DNA from: a virus
DNA length: 36,868 bases
Direction: 5' to 3' (one strand)
IMG/VR virus record: IMGVR_UViG_3300045988_062603
Positions 16,261 through 23,949 of this stretch are shown here, in pieces. How positions within the stretch are numbered: the stretch's first letter is position 1; every line of letters starts with the position of its first letter. Both the position numbers and the translations under genes were made by a program. Under the pieces are notes generated by a model, which was not told the DNA's origin, did not search any database, and was given only the letters and a program-made list of their open reading frames with translations.

Positions 16261-17304
16261 ATGAAGAAGCGCAGATTCAAACACCTGTCCTGGAACGACC
16301 GCCTTCGGATCGAATCGTTCCTGAAATGTGGGAAGCGGGTCCAGGAGATCGCCGACGAAATCGGCGTCCACCGGAACACGATCTACAACGAACTGAAACG
16401 GGGCCGGTATATCCACCGAAATTCGGACTGGACCGAAGAAGAACGGTATAGCCCGGACATAGCCGAAGCCGCATACCGGGAAAACCTGGCCGCGAAGGGG
16501 CCTGGCCTGAAAATCGGCAAGGATCACCGCCTGGCCGCGTACATCGAACGCCGGATCGTCGAAGACGGCTATTCCCCGGCCGCCGTCCTGGGCGAAATCA
16601 AGGTCAAGGGAATCCGGTTCGACACGACGATCTGTGAAGCGACCCTGTATTCCTACATCAAGAAGGGCGTGTTCCTGACACTGGAAGCCGCCCACCTTCC
16701 CCGCCAGGGCATGAAGAAGCGCCAATACAAGAAGGTCAAGAAGACGGCCGCCAGGCCGTCGGCCGGCCGGAGCATAGAAAAGAGGTCCCCGGAGATCGAC
16801 GACCGCGCGGAGATCGGACACTGGGAAATGGACTGTGTCGAAGGCAAGAAGAAGACGAAGGAAACCCTTCTGGTCCTGACGGAGCGGAAGGCCCGGAAGG
16901 AAATCATGGTCAAAATGAAGGACAAGACCACCGGAAGCGTCGTCGCCGCCCTGGACCGCCTTGAACGCAGATACGGAAAACTGTTCAGCAAAGTATTTCA
17001 AACGATAACAGTTGATAACGGGACAGAGTTTTCGGACGTCGCGGGCCTGGAACGGTCCTGTCTGCACAAAGGGAAGCGGACGACCGTCTTTTACTGTCAC
17101 CCCTATTCTTCCTATGAGCGAGGGACCAATGAGAACACGAACGGAATGATCCGGCGCTGGTTCCCGAAAGGAACCGACTTCGGGAAGGTGACGGCGAAGT
17201 CGATCCAGGCCGTCGAAGACTGGCTGAACGCATACCCGCGCGGGATTCTGGGCTTCCGCTGTGCCGACGACGTCTTCGCCGAAGCCCTGGCCGCCCTGGT
17301 CTAA
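16261..17304 (+). CDS. IS30-family DDE transposase, apparently intact
   Basis: N-terminal HTH (EIADEIGVHRNTIYNELKRG). DDE signature blocks GHWEMDCVEG, ITVDNGTEF and YERGTNENTNGMIRRWFPKG. Confidence 0.85.
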   Translation: MKKRRFKHLSWNDRLRIESFLKCGKRVQEIADEIGVHRNTIYNELKRGRYIHRNSDWTEEERYSPDIAEAAYRENLAAKGPGLKIGKDHRLAAYIERRIVEDGYSPAAVLGEIKVKGIRFDTTICEATLYSYIKKGVFLTLEAAHLPRQGMKKRQYKKVKKTAARPSAGRSIEKRSPEIDDRAEIGHWEMDCVEGKKKTKETLLVLTERKARKEIMVKMKDKTTGSVVAALDRLERRYGKLFSKVFQTITVDNGTEFSDVAGLERSCLHKGKRTTVFYCHPYSSYERGTNENTNGMIRRWFPKGTDFGKVTAKSIQAVEDWLNAYPRGILGFRCADDVFAEALAALV

Positions 17305-17335
17305 AAAGTTTTTTCAGGTTTTTTACAATTTAATC

Positions 17336-17364
17336 TTGACTTTTGCGCCCGCGAGATTTATTAT
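17336..17364 (+). promoter_or_regulatory. Sigma-70-type promoter: TTGACT, 17-nt spacer, TATTAT; candidate early promoter
   Basis: TTGACT at 17336-17341 and TATTAT at 17359-17364. It heads the long rightward operon. A second TTGACT overlaps the -10 element. Confidence 0.45.
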
Positions 17365-17437
17365 TGACTTGTGCAAAGGTCATTCGACCCGCGCACAGGT
17401 CATTTTTTATTTTCGGACGCGGAAAGAAGGTGAAAAT

Positions 17438-17689
17438 GTGCCGAAGCAGTTCAAAACGGTCGAGTTCGAAGACCGGAAGAAGATCGCGACCATGTACGCG
17501 GCCGGGGCGATCGCCGCCGACATAGCCCGGCAGATCGGAGTGTCGGCGACCACCATTTACGCCGAGTTAAAGCGCGGCCAGGACGGCGTCACCCTGGACA
17601 AGAACTTCCGGCCGGCCTACGACCCGGACCTGGCCCAGAAGCGGGTCCAGGAAGCACTTCGACGGCGTGGCCGAAGAAAGGGACCATGA
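17438..17689 (+). CDS. Stand-alone HTH protein paralogous to the IS30 transposase N-terminal domain
   Basis: GTG 17438 follows gaaggtg. DIARQIGVSATTIYAELKRGQ parallels EIADEIGVHRNTIYNELKRGR of the transposase. No catalytic domain. Confidence 0.6.
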   Translation: MPKQFKTVEFEDRKKIATMYAAGAIAADIARQIGVSATTIYAELKRGQDGVTLDKNFRPAYDPDLAQKRVQEALRRRGRRKGP

Positions 17690-18474
17690 TGAAGTATTTC
17701 CATTCGTGGAGTGGCGGGAAGGACAGTACAGCCGCGATCATACTTGACCACATTCATGGGCTTCCGCCTTCGCGGATCGTGTTCTGTGAAGTCATGTATG
17801 ACCGAAAAAACGGAATCAGCGGTGAACTGCCCGAACATATCGACTTTGTGAAGAACGTCGCGATCCCGAAGTTCGCCGAATGGGGCTTCACCGTCGACCT
17901 GATCACCGCAGAAACCGACTACCTGGAAAACTTCTTCCACGTCATTTCCAAGAGCCGGAACGGGAACAACGGAAAAATGCGTGGCTTCCCGTTGAGTGGC
18001 CGCTGTACCATTCAGCGCGACTGTAAGCTGAAACCGATCGCCGATTATTACAAGCGCCTGGGACTGAAACCGGCCGACTTCACCCAGTACGTCGGCGTTG
18101 CGATCGACGAACCGGAACGGCTTGAAAGACTTCGCGGGACGAACAAAGTGTCCTTGCTTGAAAGGTACAGTTATACCGAGGAAATGGCCCTGGAACTGTG
18201 CCGGGAACACGGCCTTCTTTCCCCGATTTACCAATTCACGTCCAGGGGGGGGTGCTGGTTCTGCCCGAATCAGCGACTTTCCGAAATGGCCCATCTGAAA
18301 GAGAGCCGGCCGGACTTGTGGGCCGAACTTCAACGGCTGGACAACGTACAGGGCCGCGTCACAAAAAGCTTCAAGTACGGGGAAACCTTCGCCCAGGTCG
18401 CGCGGCGCGTGGAACAGTGGATCAGGAACCGGGACCTGACCGAACAGCAACTATCCCTATTTGACCAATTTTGA
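17686..18474 (+). CDS. PAPS-reductase-family / PP-loop ATP pyrophosphatase-like protein
   Basis: N-terminal PP-loop WSGGKDST and a C-terminal Cys cluster GGCWFCPNQ. This family is common in phage early regions. Confidence 0.65.
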   Translation: MMKYFHSWSGGKDSTAAIILDHIHGLPPSRIVFCEVMYDRKNGISGELPEHIDFVKNVAIPKFAEWGFTVDLITAETDYLENFFHVISKSRNGNNGKMRGFPLSGRCTIQRDCKLKPIADYYKRLGLKPADFTQYVGVAIDEPERLERLRGTNKVSLLERYSYTEEMALELCREHGLLSPIYQFTSRGGCWFCPNQRLSEMAHLKESRPDLWAELQRLDNVQGRVTKSFKYGETFAQVARRVEQWIRNRDLTEQQLSLFDQF

Positions 18475-18495
18475 AAGAAAGGAGCGGGAACAACC

Positions 18496-18858
18496 TTGAA
18501 GTGGTCGATCACCACCCAGGAGCGAAACGCCCTGGTCGAAACACATCTGGGCTGTATCTGGTGGACCATCAACAAAAACCGGCGACTGATCAGCGCGGTC
18601 GGCCTGGACGACGAAGACGTCTTCCAGCAGTTAGCGATCCGCATGATCCGCGCCGTCGAGAACTACGACCCAGACAAGGGAAAAGACCTGGAACAGCACA
18701 TCTTCGCGCAACTGCAATATGAAGTTCTGAACTGCAAGGACGCCGCGAAGGTGTACGGAATCAAGGGCGCGCCGTATGGAGCGCGGGGCCTGACCGTGTC
18801 CCTGGACGCCCTGGTCGAATCTGGCTGTCAGATTTGCGGGGGGGGGGGGGTGGCTTAA
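18496..18858 (+). CDS. Sigma-70 region-2-like protein with no region 4
   Basis: TTG start after aaaggag. DEDVFQQLAIRMIRAVENYDPDKGKDLEQHIFAQLQYEVLN matches the sigma region 2.1-2.4 pattern. Ends just after a G13 tract. Confidence 0.5.
   Translation: MKWSITTQERNALVETHLGCIWWTINKNRRLISAVGLDDEDVFQQLAIRMIRAVENYDPDKGKDLEQHIFAQLQYEVLNCKDAAKVYGIKGAPYGARGLTVSLDALVESGCQICGGGGVA
18838..18850 (+). repeat. Homopolymeric G13 tract
   Basis: 13 consecutive G residues encode GGGG at the C-terminus of ORF 18496..18858, 8 nt before the next ATG. Confidence 0.95.
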
Positions 18859-19149
18859 ATGCCTAAATTCAAAACCGTGTGCGGCGTGATCGCCTTCGTC
18901 ATGTTCTTCGTCATGCTGGGGGCCGTCGGAGCCGTCGAGAACGACGCCCTTCCCCTTCTGCCCGGCGCGGTCCGCATTTTCGCGGCCCTGGGCCTGTGGG
19001 TCCTGTTTTCCTACCTTGCCGGCGCGTTCGACTATTCCCAGGAAAGGAGTGAACCCCGTGAAGTACAGCGCGAAAACCCTGACGCCCGTCCAGGTCGGAC
19101 AGGTCGTGAAGGCCCTGGTCCTTCTGGGCGCGCGAAAAATTATCGTTGA
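18859..19149 (+). CDS. Hypothetical small membrane protein
   Basis: Two hydrophobic helices (VCGVIAFVMFFVMLGAVGAV and IFAALGLWVLFSYLAGAF). The Arg/Pro-rich tail may not be genuine because it overlaps the next ORF. Confidence 0.4.
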   Translation: MPKFKTVCGVIAFVMFFVMLGAVGAVENDALPLLPGAVRIFAALGLWVLFSYLAGAFDYSQERSEPREVQRENPDARPGRTGREGPGPSGRAKNYR

Positions 19150-19216
19150 AGAAGTGGAAAAGGACCGCTTCGTCGTCACCACAACAACCGAAGCGGCCCA
19201 TTCCAAAAAAGCCTAA
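19058..19216 (+). CDS. Hypothetical small protein
   Basis: GTG 19058 lies 8 nt after RBS gaaaggag. 52 aa, no recognisable family. Confidence 0.35.
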   Translation: MKYSAKTLTPVQVGQVVKALVLLGARKIIVEEVEKDRFVVTTTTEAAHSKKA

Positions 19217-19250
19217 CTGCATTATAGCAGGGAAAGGAACGGTTTTCAAT

Positions 19251-19553
19251 ATGCCGAAACTGAATTTTTATGACACTGACGCCGTGAAGGCGTTTACCCT
19301 GGACGTTCTGGTCGACAACGCGGAACTTCGCCGGGACCTGGACTTCGAGCGCCGCCAGAGCGTGGCCGGCTGGGAGTCCGCGAGAGAGCAGAGAACGCGC
19401 GCCGAGAAGGCGGAAGCCGCGATCGCCGCCGCCGTGTCGACCCTGACCAACCTGTCGGAAGCCCGCCAGGCCGGCGTCGAAGTCGGCTGGCGTGACGTGG
19501 ACCGGGCCGTCGCTGACGTCCTGGACCTTCTGAAAGGGGGCGAAACGAAGTGA
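19251..19553 (+). CDS. Hypothetical protein
   Basis: ATG 19251 follows ggaaagga. 100-aa helical protein. The upstream part of ORF 19146.. lacks an RBS. Confidence 0.5.
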   Translation: MPKLNFYDTDAVKAFTLDVLVDNAELRRDLDFERRQSVAGWESAREQRTRAEKAEAAIAAAVSTLTNLSEARQAGVEVGWRDVDRAVADVLDLLKGGETK

Positions 19554-20044
19554 ACGTCAGTCTGTACGAGATCAGCGCCGACTTCCTGAAAGCCCTGGAC
19601 GGCCTGGAAGTGGACGAAGAAACCGGCGAGATCACGAACTTCGACGCCGTCGAAGCCCTGAACGCCCAGTTCGAGGACAAGGCCGAAAGCGTGGCCTGTT
19701 ACATTAAAAACCTGACCGCCTTCGTCGCCGACCTGAAAACCGAGGAAGCCGCCCTGGCCGCCCGCCGGAAGACGGCGGAACGCCGGGTCGACAGCGTGAA
19801 GAAGTACCTGACTTCGTGCATGGAGTCCGTCGGCAAGGACAAGGTCGAAACCGTGAAGGCGCGGATCAGCTTCCGGAAGTCCGTCCAGGTCCAGATCGAA
19901 GACGAAGCGGCCCTTCCGGCCGACTACGTCACGACCACCGTGACCAAGAGTCCGGACAAGACCGCGATCAAGAAGGCGATCCAGGGCGGCCAGGACGTGA
20001 CCGGGGCTTCCCTGATCGAGAAGCGGAACATTCAGATCAAGTAA
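19550..20044 (+). CDS. Siphovirus Gp157-family protein
   Basis: GTG start overlaps the upstream stop. N-terminus LYEISADFLKALDGLEVDEETGEI and the coiled-coil layout are typical of Gp157. Adjacent to the recombinase. Confidence 0.6.
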   Translation: MNVSLYEISADFLKALDGLEVDEETGEITNFDAVEALNAQFEDKAESVACYIKNLTAFVADLKTEEAALAARRKTAERRVDSVKKYLTSCMESVGKDKVETVKARISFRKSVQVQIEDEAALPADYVTTTVTKSPDKTAIKKAIQGGQDVTGASLIEKRNIQIK

Positions 20045-20058
20045 AGGGGGCGGATCAC

Positions 20059-20949
20059 ATGGCAGAGAAAAAGACGGCCGGACGGGTGGCGGAGCCTACC
20101 ACCCCGGCCCCCGAAACCGCCCAGGACCCGCCGGCGGCCCCCGTGGCCCCGGCGACCGTCCAGAAGGAAATCCCCCTTCTGACGGAAAAGGACATCGAAT
20201 GTCGGGTCCAGAGCGTCAGCAGAGCGAAGACCGGCAAGGTCGGCGCGGTCCTGTTGCTTTACAAGGACGCGCGGGTCGATATGCGGATTCTGGACCAGGT
20301 CTTCGGCCCTGGGAACTGGCAGAGAACCCACGAAGTCATCAACGGGAACCTGTTCTGTAATATCGACATCTGGGACGCAGAGAAGCGCGCCTGGGTCCGG
20401 AAACAGGACGTCGGCGTCGAGAGCAACACCGAGAAAGAGAAAGGCCAGGCGTCCGACGCCTTCAAACGCGCCGGCTTCAACGTCGGGATCGGCCGCGAAC
20501 TTTATACCGGCCCCTTCATTTACGTCGAACTGGCGGACAATGAGTTCTATTCCGAAGGCCAGCAGAACGGACGGAAGGAAGTCCTGAAATGCTATTCGAA
20601 CACCCGCTTCAAGGTCACGCGCGTCGCCTACAACGACCGCCGGGAGATCGTCGACCTTGTGATCGTCGACCGGAACGGGAACGTCCGCTTCGACATGAAT
20701 AAACGGGTCGAGGGACCGCCCCAGACGCCCCAGGGCGGCCAGAGAGCGCCGGCCCAGGGAAACACCCAGGGGCAGACCAGACAGCCCCCCAGGAGCCGCC
20801 AGGGCGCGCCAGCGGCGACGCCAGCGCCCCAGGCAGAGAACGGGGCCGTCTGCCCGATCTGTGGGAAACCGATCACGAAAGCCGAACAGGACTATTCCCT
20901 TCGCAAGTATGGCCGGGAAGCCTGTCGGACCTGTCAAAAAGCATTGTAA
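20059..20949 (+). CDS. Rad52/Sak-type single-strand annealing protein with a C-terminal zinc ribbon
   Basis: ATG 20059. Rad52-family block KEKGQASDAFKRAGFNVGIGRELY. C-terminal CPICG...CRTC. Confidence 0.7.
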   Translation: MAEKKTAGRVAEPTTPAPETAQDPPAAPVAPATVQKEIPLLTEKDIECRVQSVSRAKTGKVGAVLLLYKDARVDMRILDQVFGPGNWQRTHEVINGNLFCNIDIWDAEKRAWVRKQDVGVESNTEKEKGQASDAFKRAGFNVGIGRELYTGPFIYVELADNEFYSEGQQNGRKEVLKCYSNTRFKVTRVAYNDRREIVDLVIVDRNGNVRFDMNKRVEGPPQTPQGGQRAPAQGNTQGQTRQPPRSRQGAPAATPAPQAENGAVCPICGKPITKAEQDYSLRKYGREACRTCQKAL

Positions 20950-20955
20950 AAGGGG

Positions 20956-21732
20956 GTGGCAAGTGTGCCGAGCCGCATAATCAAAGAATCAATCACCACC
21001 AGCGAATCGCTGTCGGAAGTCAGCGCGGAAGCCGAACGCCTTTTCTGGCGACTGGTGGTCAAGGCGGACGACTTCGGCCTGTACTATGGAAATCCGCGAA
21101 TCCTGGCGTCTATGTGCTTCCCGCTGGACCCGCCGAAGGAACAGAGAATCCGCGCATGGCTGGACGAACTGGTCGCCGCCGGCATGGTGGGGACCTACAC
21201 GTCCGACGAGGACGGGAAGAAGTACCTGAAACTTCTGTCCTGGGACCGTCACCAACAACAGAGAGCAAAGAAAAGCAAGTTCCCCCTTCCTGTTGCATTT
21301 GATAACACTTGCAATCACAGCAACGGAAAGCAAGTGAAATCAAAATCCCCCGTAAACGAGAACGAAAACGGGAACGAAAACGAGGAACGAGGAACGGGAA
21401 CGCGCCCAACCGGGGCGGCGGCGACCCCGCGCGGTTTTGATCGCTTCTGGGCCGCATATCCCCGCAGAGTCGGCAAGCAGGACGCCCTGAAAGCCTGGGG
21501 ACAGCTTAACCCGGACGACGCCCTTGTGGACCAGATCGTCGCCGGCGTCGAGCGGTGGAAGACCTGTGACCAGTGGACGAAGGACGGCGGGTCGTTTATC
21601 TGCTACCCGGCCACGTTCATTCGCGGCCGCCGGTGGGAAGAAGACGACCGACCCGATCCGCCCCCGGCTTCGCCGAAGGGAGCCGCGCCGAAGAACTACG
21701 CCGGCGACGAAGACTTCCTGGAAGGGCGGTGA
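20956..21732 (+). CDS. Replication initiator / replisome organizer (DnaD-like C-terminal region)
   Basis: N-terminal block ERLFWRLVVKADDFGLYYGNPRILASMCFP and C-terminal block FDRFWAAYPRRVGKQDALKAW are seen in phage replication organizers. Directly precedes the DnaC-like loader. Confidence 0.55.
   Translation: MASVPSRIIKESITTSESLSEVSAEAERLFWRLVVKADDFGLYYGNPRILASMCFPLDPPKEQRIRAWLDELVAAGMVGTYTSDEDGKKYLKLLSWDRHQQQRAKKSKFPLPVAFDNTCNHSNGKQVKSKSPVNENENGNENEERGTGTRPTGAAATPRGFDRFWAAYPRRVGKQDALKAWGQLNPDDALVDQIVAGVERWKTCDQWTKDGGSFICYPATFIRGRRWEEDDRPDPPPASPKGAAPKNYAGDEDFLEGR
21355..21404 (+). repeat. Imperfect hexamer array AACGNN x8 inside the replication initiator linker; candidate ori iterons
   Basis: Reads aacgag aacgaa aacggg aacgaa aacgag g aacgag g aacggg aacgcg. 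It encodes the low-complexity linker NENENGNENEERGTGT. Confidence 0.5.
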
Positions 21733-21736
21733 TCAC

Positions 21737-22600
21737 ATGGACGCGATCGGGGATATTCTGGCCGGCGTCGTCCAGAAAAGCCTTCAAAACCGGGAGCCGG
21801 AAGACTACGTCGACGACGAAGGTTTTCTGTGCTGTGGCAAGTGTCACGACCGAAAGCAAATGGACGTGAACATTCCGGCCCTGGCCGCCGGCGGAGCGAA
21901 GACGATCCGCGTCGGCTGTCTGTGCAAATGCGGCCGCGAGAGGGCCGCCCAGGAAAAGCGGGAACAGGAACGCCGGGACTTTGAAAGCCGCATGGAACGG
22001 CTTCGGCGCGACGGGATCACCGACCCGGCCTATTTACAGTACACTTTCGACCAGGACGACAAGCGGAACCCGAAGGTCAGCGACGTCTGTCGCCGCTACG
22101 TCGAGAACTGGGCGGAAATGAAGGCCCGGAACATCGGGATTCTGTTCTATGGCGACGTCGGAACCGGGAAATCCTTCCTGGCCTGTGCGATCGCGAACGC
22201 CCTTCTGGAACGTCTGGTCAGCGTTAGCGTGACCAACTTCCCGCGAATCCTGAACAGCCTTCAAGGGGCCTTCGACGACGAACGCCAGAAGCGGATCGAC
22301 CGGCTTCAACACTATTCCCTTCTTGTGATCGACGACCTGGGCGTCGAACGCGACACGTCCTATTCCGTCGAACAGGTCTACAACGTGGTCGACACCAGGG
22401 CAAGGTCCGGGAAGCCGGTGATCATCACGACGAACCTGTCCTTGAAGGACCTGGAAAACCCGCCGTCCCTGGCCTACAAGCGGATTTATGACCGCGTCCT
22501 GGAAATGTGCCCGATCCGGCTGAAACTGGTCGGAGCGTCCCGCCGCGCCAGCAACGCCAGCGAACGGCGTGACGCCGCGCGGCGAATCCTGGGATTCTGA
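21737..22600 (+). CDS. DnaC/IstB-like AAA+ helicase loader
   Basis: ATG 21737. Walker A GDVGTGKS and Walker B LLVIDDLG. N-terminal Cys-rich segment. Confidence 0.85.
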   Translation: MDAIGDILAGVVQKSLQNREPEDYVDDEGFLCCGKCHDRKQMDVNIPALAAGGAKTIRVGCLCKCGRERAAQEKREQERRDFESRMERLRRDGITDPAYLQYTFDQDDKRNPKVSDVCRRYVENWAEMKARNIGILFYGDVGTGKSFLACAIANALLERLVSVSVTNFPRILNSLQGAFDDERQKRIDRLQHYSLLVIDDLGVERDTSYSVEQVYNVVDTRARSGKPVIITTNLSLKDLENPPSLAYKRIYDRVLEMCPIRLKLVGASRRASNASERRDAARRILGF

Positions 22601-22614
22601 AAGGACGAAGACCC

Positions 22615-23022
22615 ATGAAGTACAAACTGACGATCCCCGGCCTGTTGCCGGGGCTGAACGAATACATCGACGCGGAGCGGTCCCACAAGGGCAAATACAA
22701 GGCCGCTTCCATGAAGCGCCAGGCCCAGAACGTGATCGGCTACATGATCCGGACACAGCTTCGCGGCGTCCGCTTCACCCGGCCTGTGGTGATCCGCTAC
22801 CTGTGGATCGAACCGTCCCGCCGGCGCGATAAGGACAATATCGCCTTCGCGAAGAAGTTCATTCAGGACGCCCTGGTCGAAACCGGCGTCCTTCGGAATG
22901 ACGGCTGGTCCGAAATCGAAGGATTCACGGACAACTTCGCCCTGGACCCGAAGAACCCCCGCGTCGAAGTCACGATCGAAGAAATGGAAGGAGTAAGGCG
23001 AAATGGTAAAAGAAAAAATTAA
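22615..23022 (+). CDS. RusA-family Holliday junction resolvase
   Basis: The motif RRRDKDNIAFAKKFIQDALVETGVLRNDGW matches the RusA D.DN..K...D pattern. Confidence 0.6.
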   Translation: MKYKLTIPGLLPGLNEYIDAERSHKGKYKAASMKRQAQNVIGYMIRTQLRGVRFTRPVVIRYLWIEPSRRRDKDNIAFAKKFIQDALVETGVLRNDGWSEIEGFTDNFALDPKNPRVEVTIEEMEGVRRNGKRKN

Positions 23023-23680
23023 GAACCTGGCCCCTGGGGCCTTCTTCAACGCCGGCCCCGCCGTCGTGACCGTCCTGGAACACTTCGCAGACGGCCGAAC
23101 CCTTCTGGCCGCGAAGGAGCCGATCGGGAACCGCCCCTTCACCGTCCGGCCGTTCACCTATAACCGGACGGACCCGGAGCCGAACCCGAACAACTTCGCG
23201 TTTTCTTCCCTTCGCTACGACCTGAACACCGACTTCCTGGACGCCCTGAACGACGCCGGCGTGATCCCGGCCGACAAGGTCCTGGAAGCCGAATGGAGCC
23301 TGGCGGACCACGACGGAACGAACCGTTATGGCGTCGCCGTCTGCAAGATCGCTATGTTGCCCGAACCCCTGGTCCGGAAGTATTACGAAGCGGGCCTTCT
23401 CACGATCGACGACTGGGAGTGGACGATCACCCCGCACGCCGGCTACGCGAACTACGTCCGCGGCGTCTATTCCGACGGCAACCTGGACAGCGACGACGCC
23501 TGGATTGGCTACGGCGGCGTTCGCCCGGCTTTCTTCGTGGATTCTGAAATCTGCCTGTTCCTGGAACCGGACGAAGTCGAACTGTCTGACGCCGCCCTGT
23601 TGCGTGAATTTACTTCGAAACAGCTTGCGGACGAAGTTCTTCGCCGGATCGCCGCCGGCGAGGACGACGAAGACGAATGA
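23003..23680 (+). CDS. DGR target protein 2; small, non-structural context
   Basis: 225 aa. Contains VR2 (WEWTITPHAGYANYVRGVYSDGNLDSDDAWIGYGGVRPAFF). Its N-terminal region parallels the variable domain of target 1. Acidic C-terminal tail. RBS ggaaggag. Confidence 0.9.
   Translation: MVKEKIKNLAPGAFFNAGPAVVTVLEHFADGRTLLAAKEPIGNRPFTVRPFTYNRTDPEPNPNNFAFSSLRYDLNTDFLDALNDAGVIPADKVLEAEWSLADHDGTNRYGVAVCKIAMLPEPLVRKYYEAGLLTIDDWEWTITPHAGYANYVRGVYSDGNLDSDDAWIGYGGVRPAFFVDSEICLFLEPDEVELSDAALLREFTSKQLADEVLRRIAAGEDDEDE
23428..23528 (+). repeat. DGR variable repeat 2 (VR2), remote from the cassette
   Basis: Aligns with TR 8941-9041 without gaps. All 15 mismatches are at TR adenines. It shares the identical 14-nt 3' element cggcgttcgcccgg with the TR and VR1. 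Confidence 0.95.
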
Positions 23681-23949
23681 TCGGGTCCTGTGCCTTGAAG
23701 GCCAGAGTCGAAGAACACCTGGGGGTCGCCCTGGCCCCCGGCTTCTTCGATAAGGCGGAACAGTACGCCCGGCGGAAGCTGGACCTGTGCAACGAACGCG
23801 CCGGCCGCCAATACGGCGAAGACGGCTACGGCGCCGAATACCTGGTCCTTCTGACCGCTGACACGGTCCGGGAAATGGCCTTTTCCGAATATACCATGAT
23901 CCGGTCGGCTGAAATCATGGCTGCCAGAGGAAAGGCGGCGGAAGCATGA
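23677..23949 (+). CDS. Hypothetical protein
   Basis: 90-aa ORF with ATGA overlap to the upstream gene. Coding-like codon usage. Confidence 0.5.
   Translation: MIGSCALKARVEEHLGVALAPGFFDKAEQYARRKLDLCNERAGRQYGEDGYGAEYLVLLTADTVREMAFSEYTMIRSAEIMAARGKAAEA

Noticed and set aside
16189-17437. Terminal inverted repeats delimiting an IS30 element
   Set aside because: I compared about 70 nt upstream of the transposase ATG with the reverse complement of about 130 nt downstream of its stop and found no convincing inverted repeats or target duplications by eye. No mobile-element boundaries are claimed.
18838-19149. G13 slippage fusing the sigma-like ORF to the downstream membrane ORF
   Set aside because: Reading the +1 and -1 tract-length variants shows that all frames hit stop codons within about 2-13 codons after the tract. 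No fusion protein is produced.
20690-20840. Repetitive ccccag / cagggc-rich stretch as a DNA repeat element
   Set aside because: It lies in-frame within the Rad52-like gene and encodes a Pro/Gln/Gly-rich linker before the zinc ribbon. It was interpreted as coding low complexity and not as a regulatory repeat.
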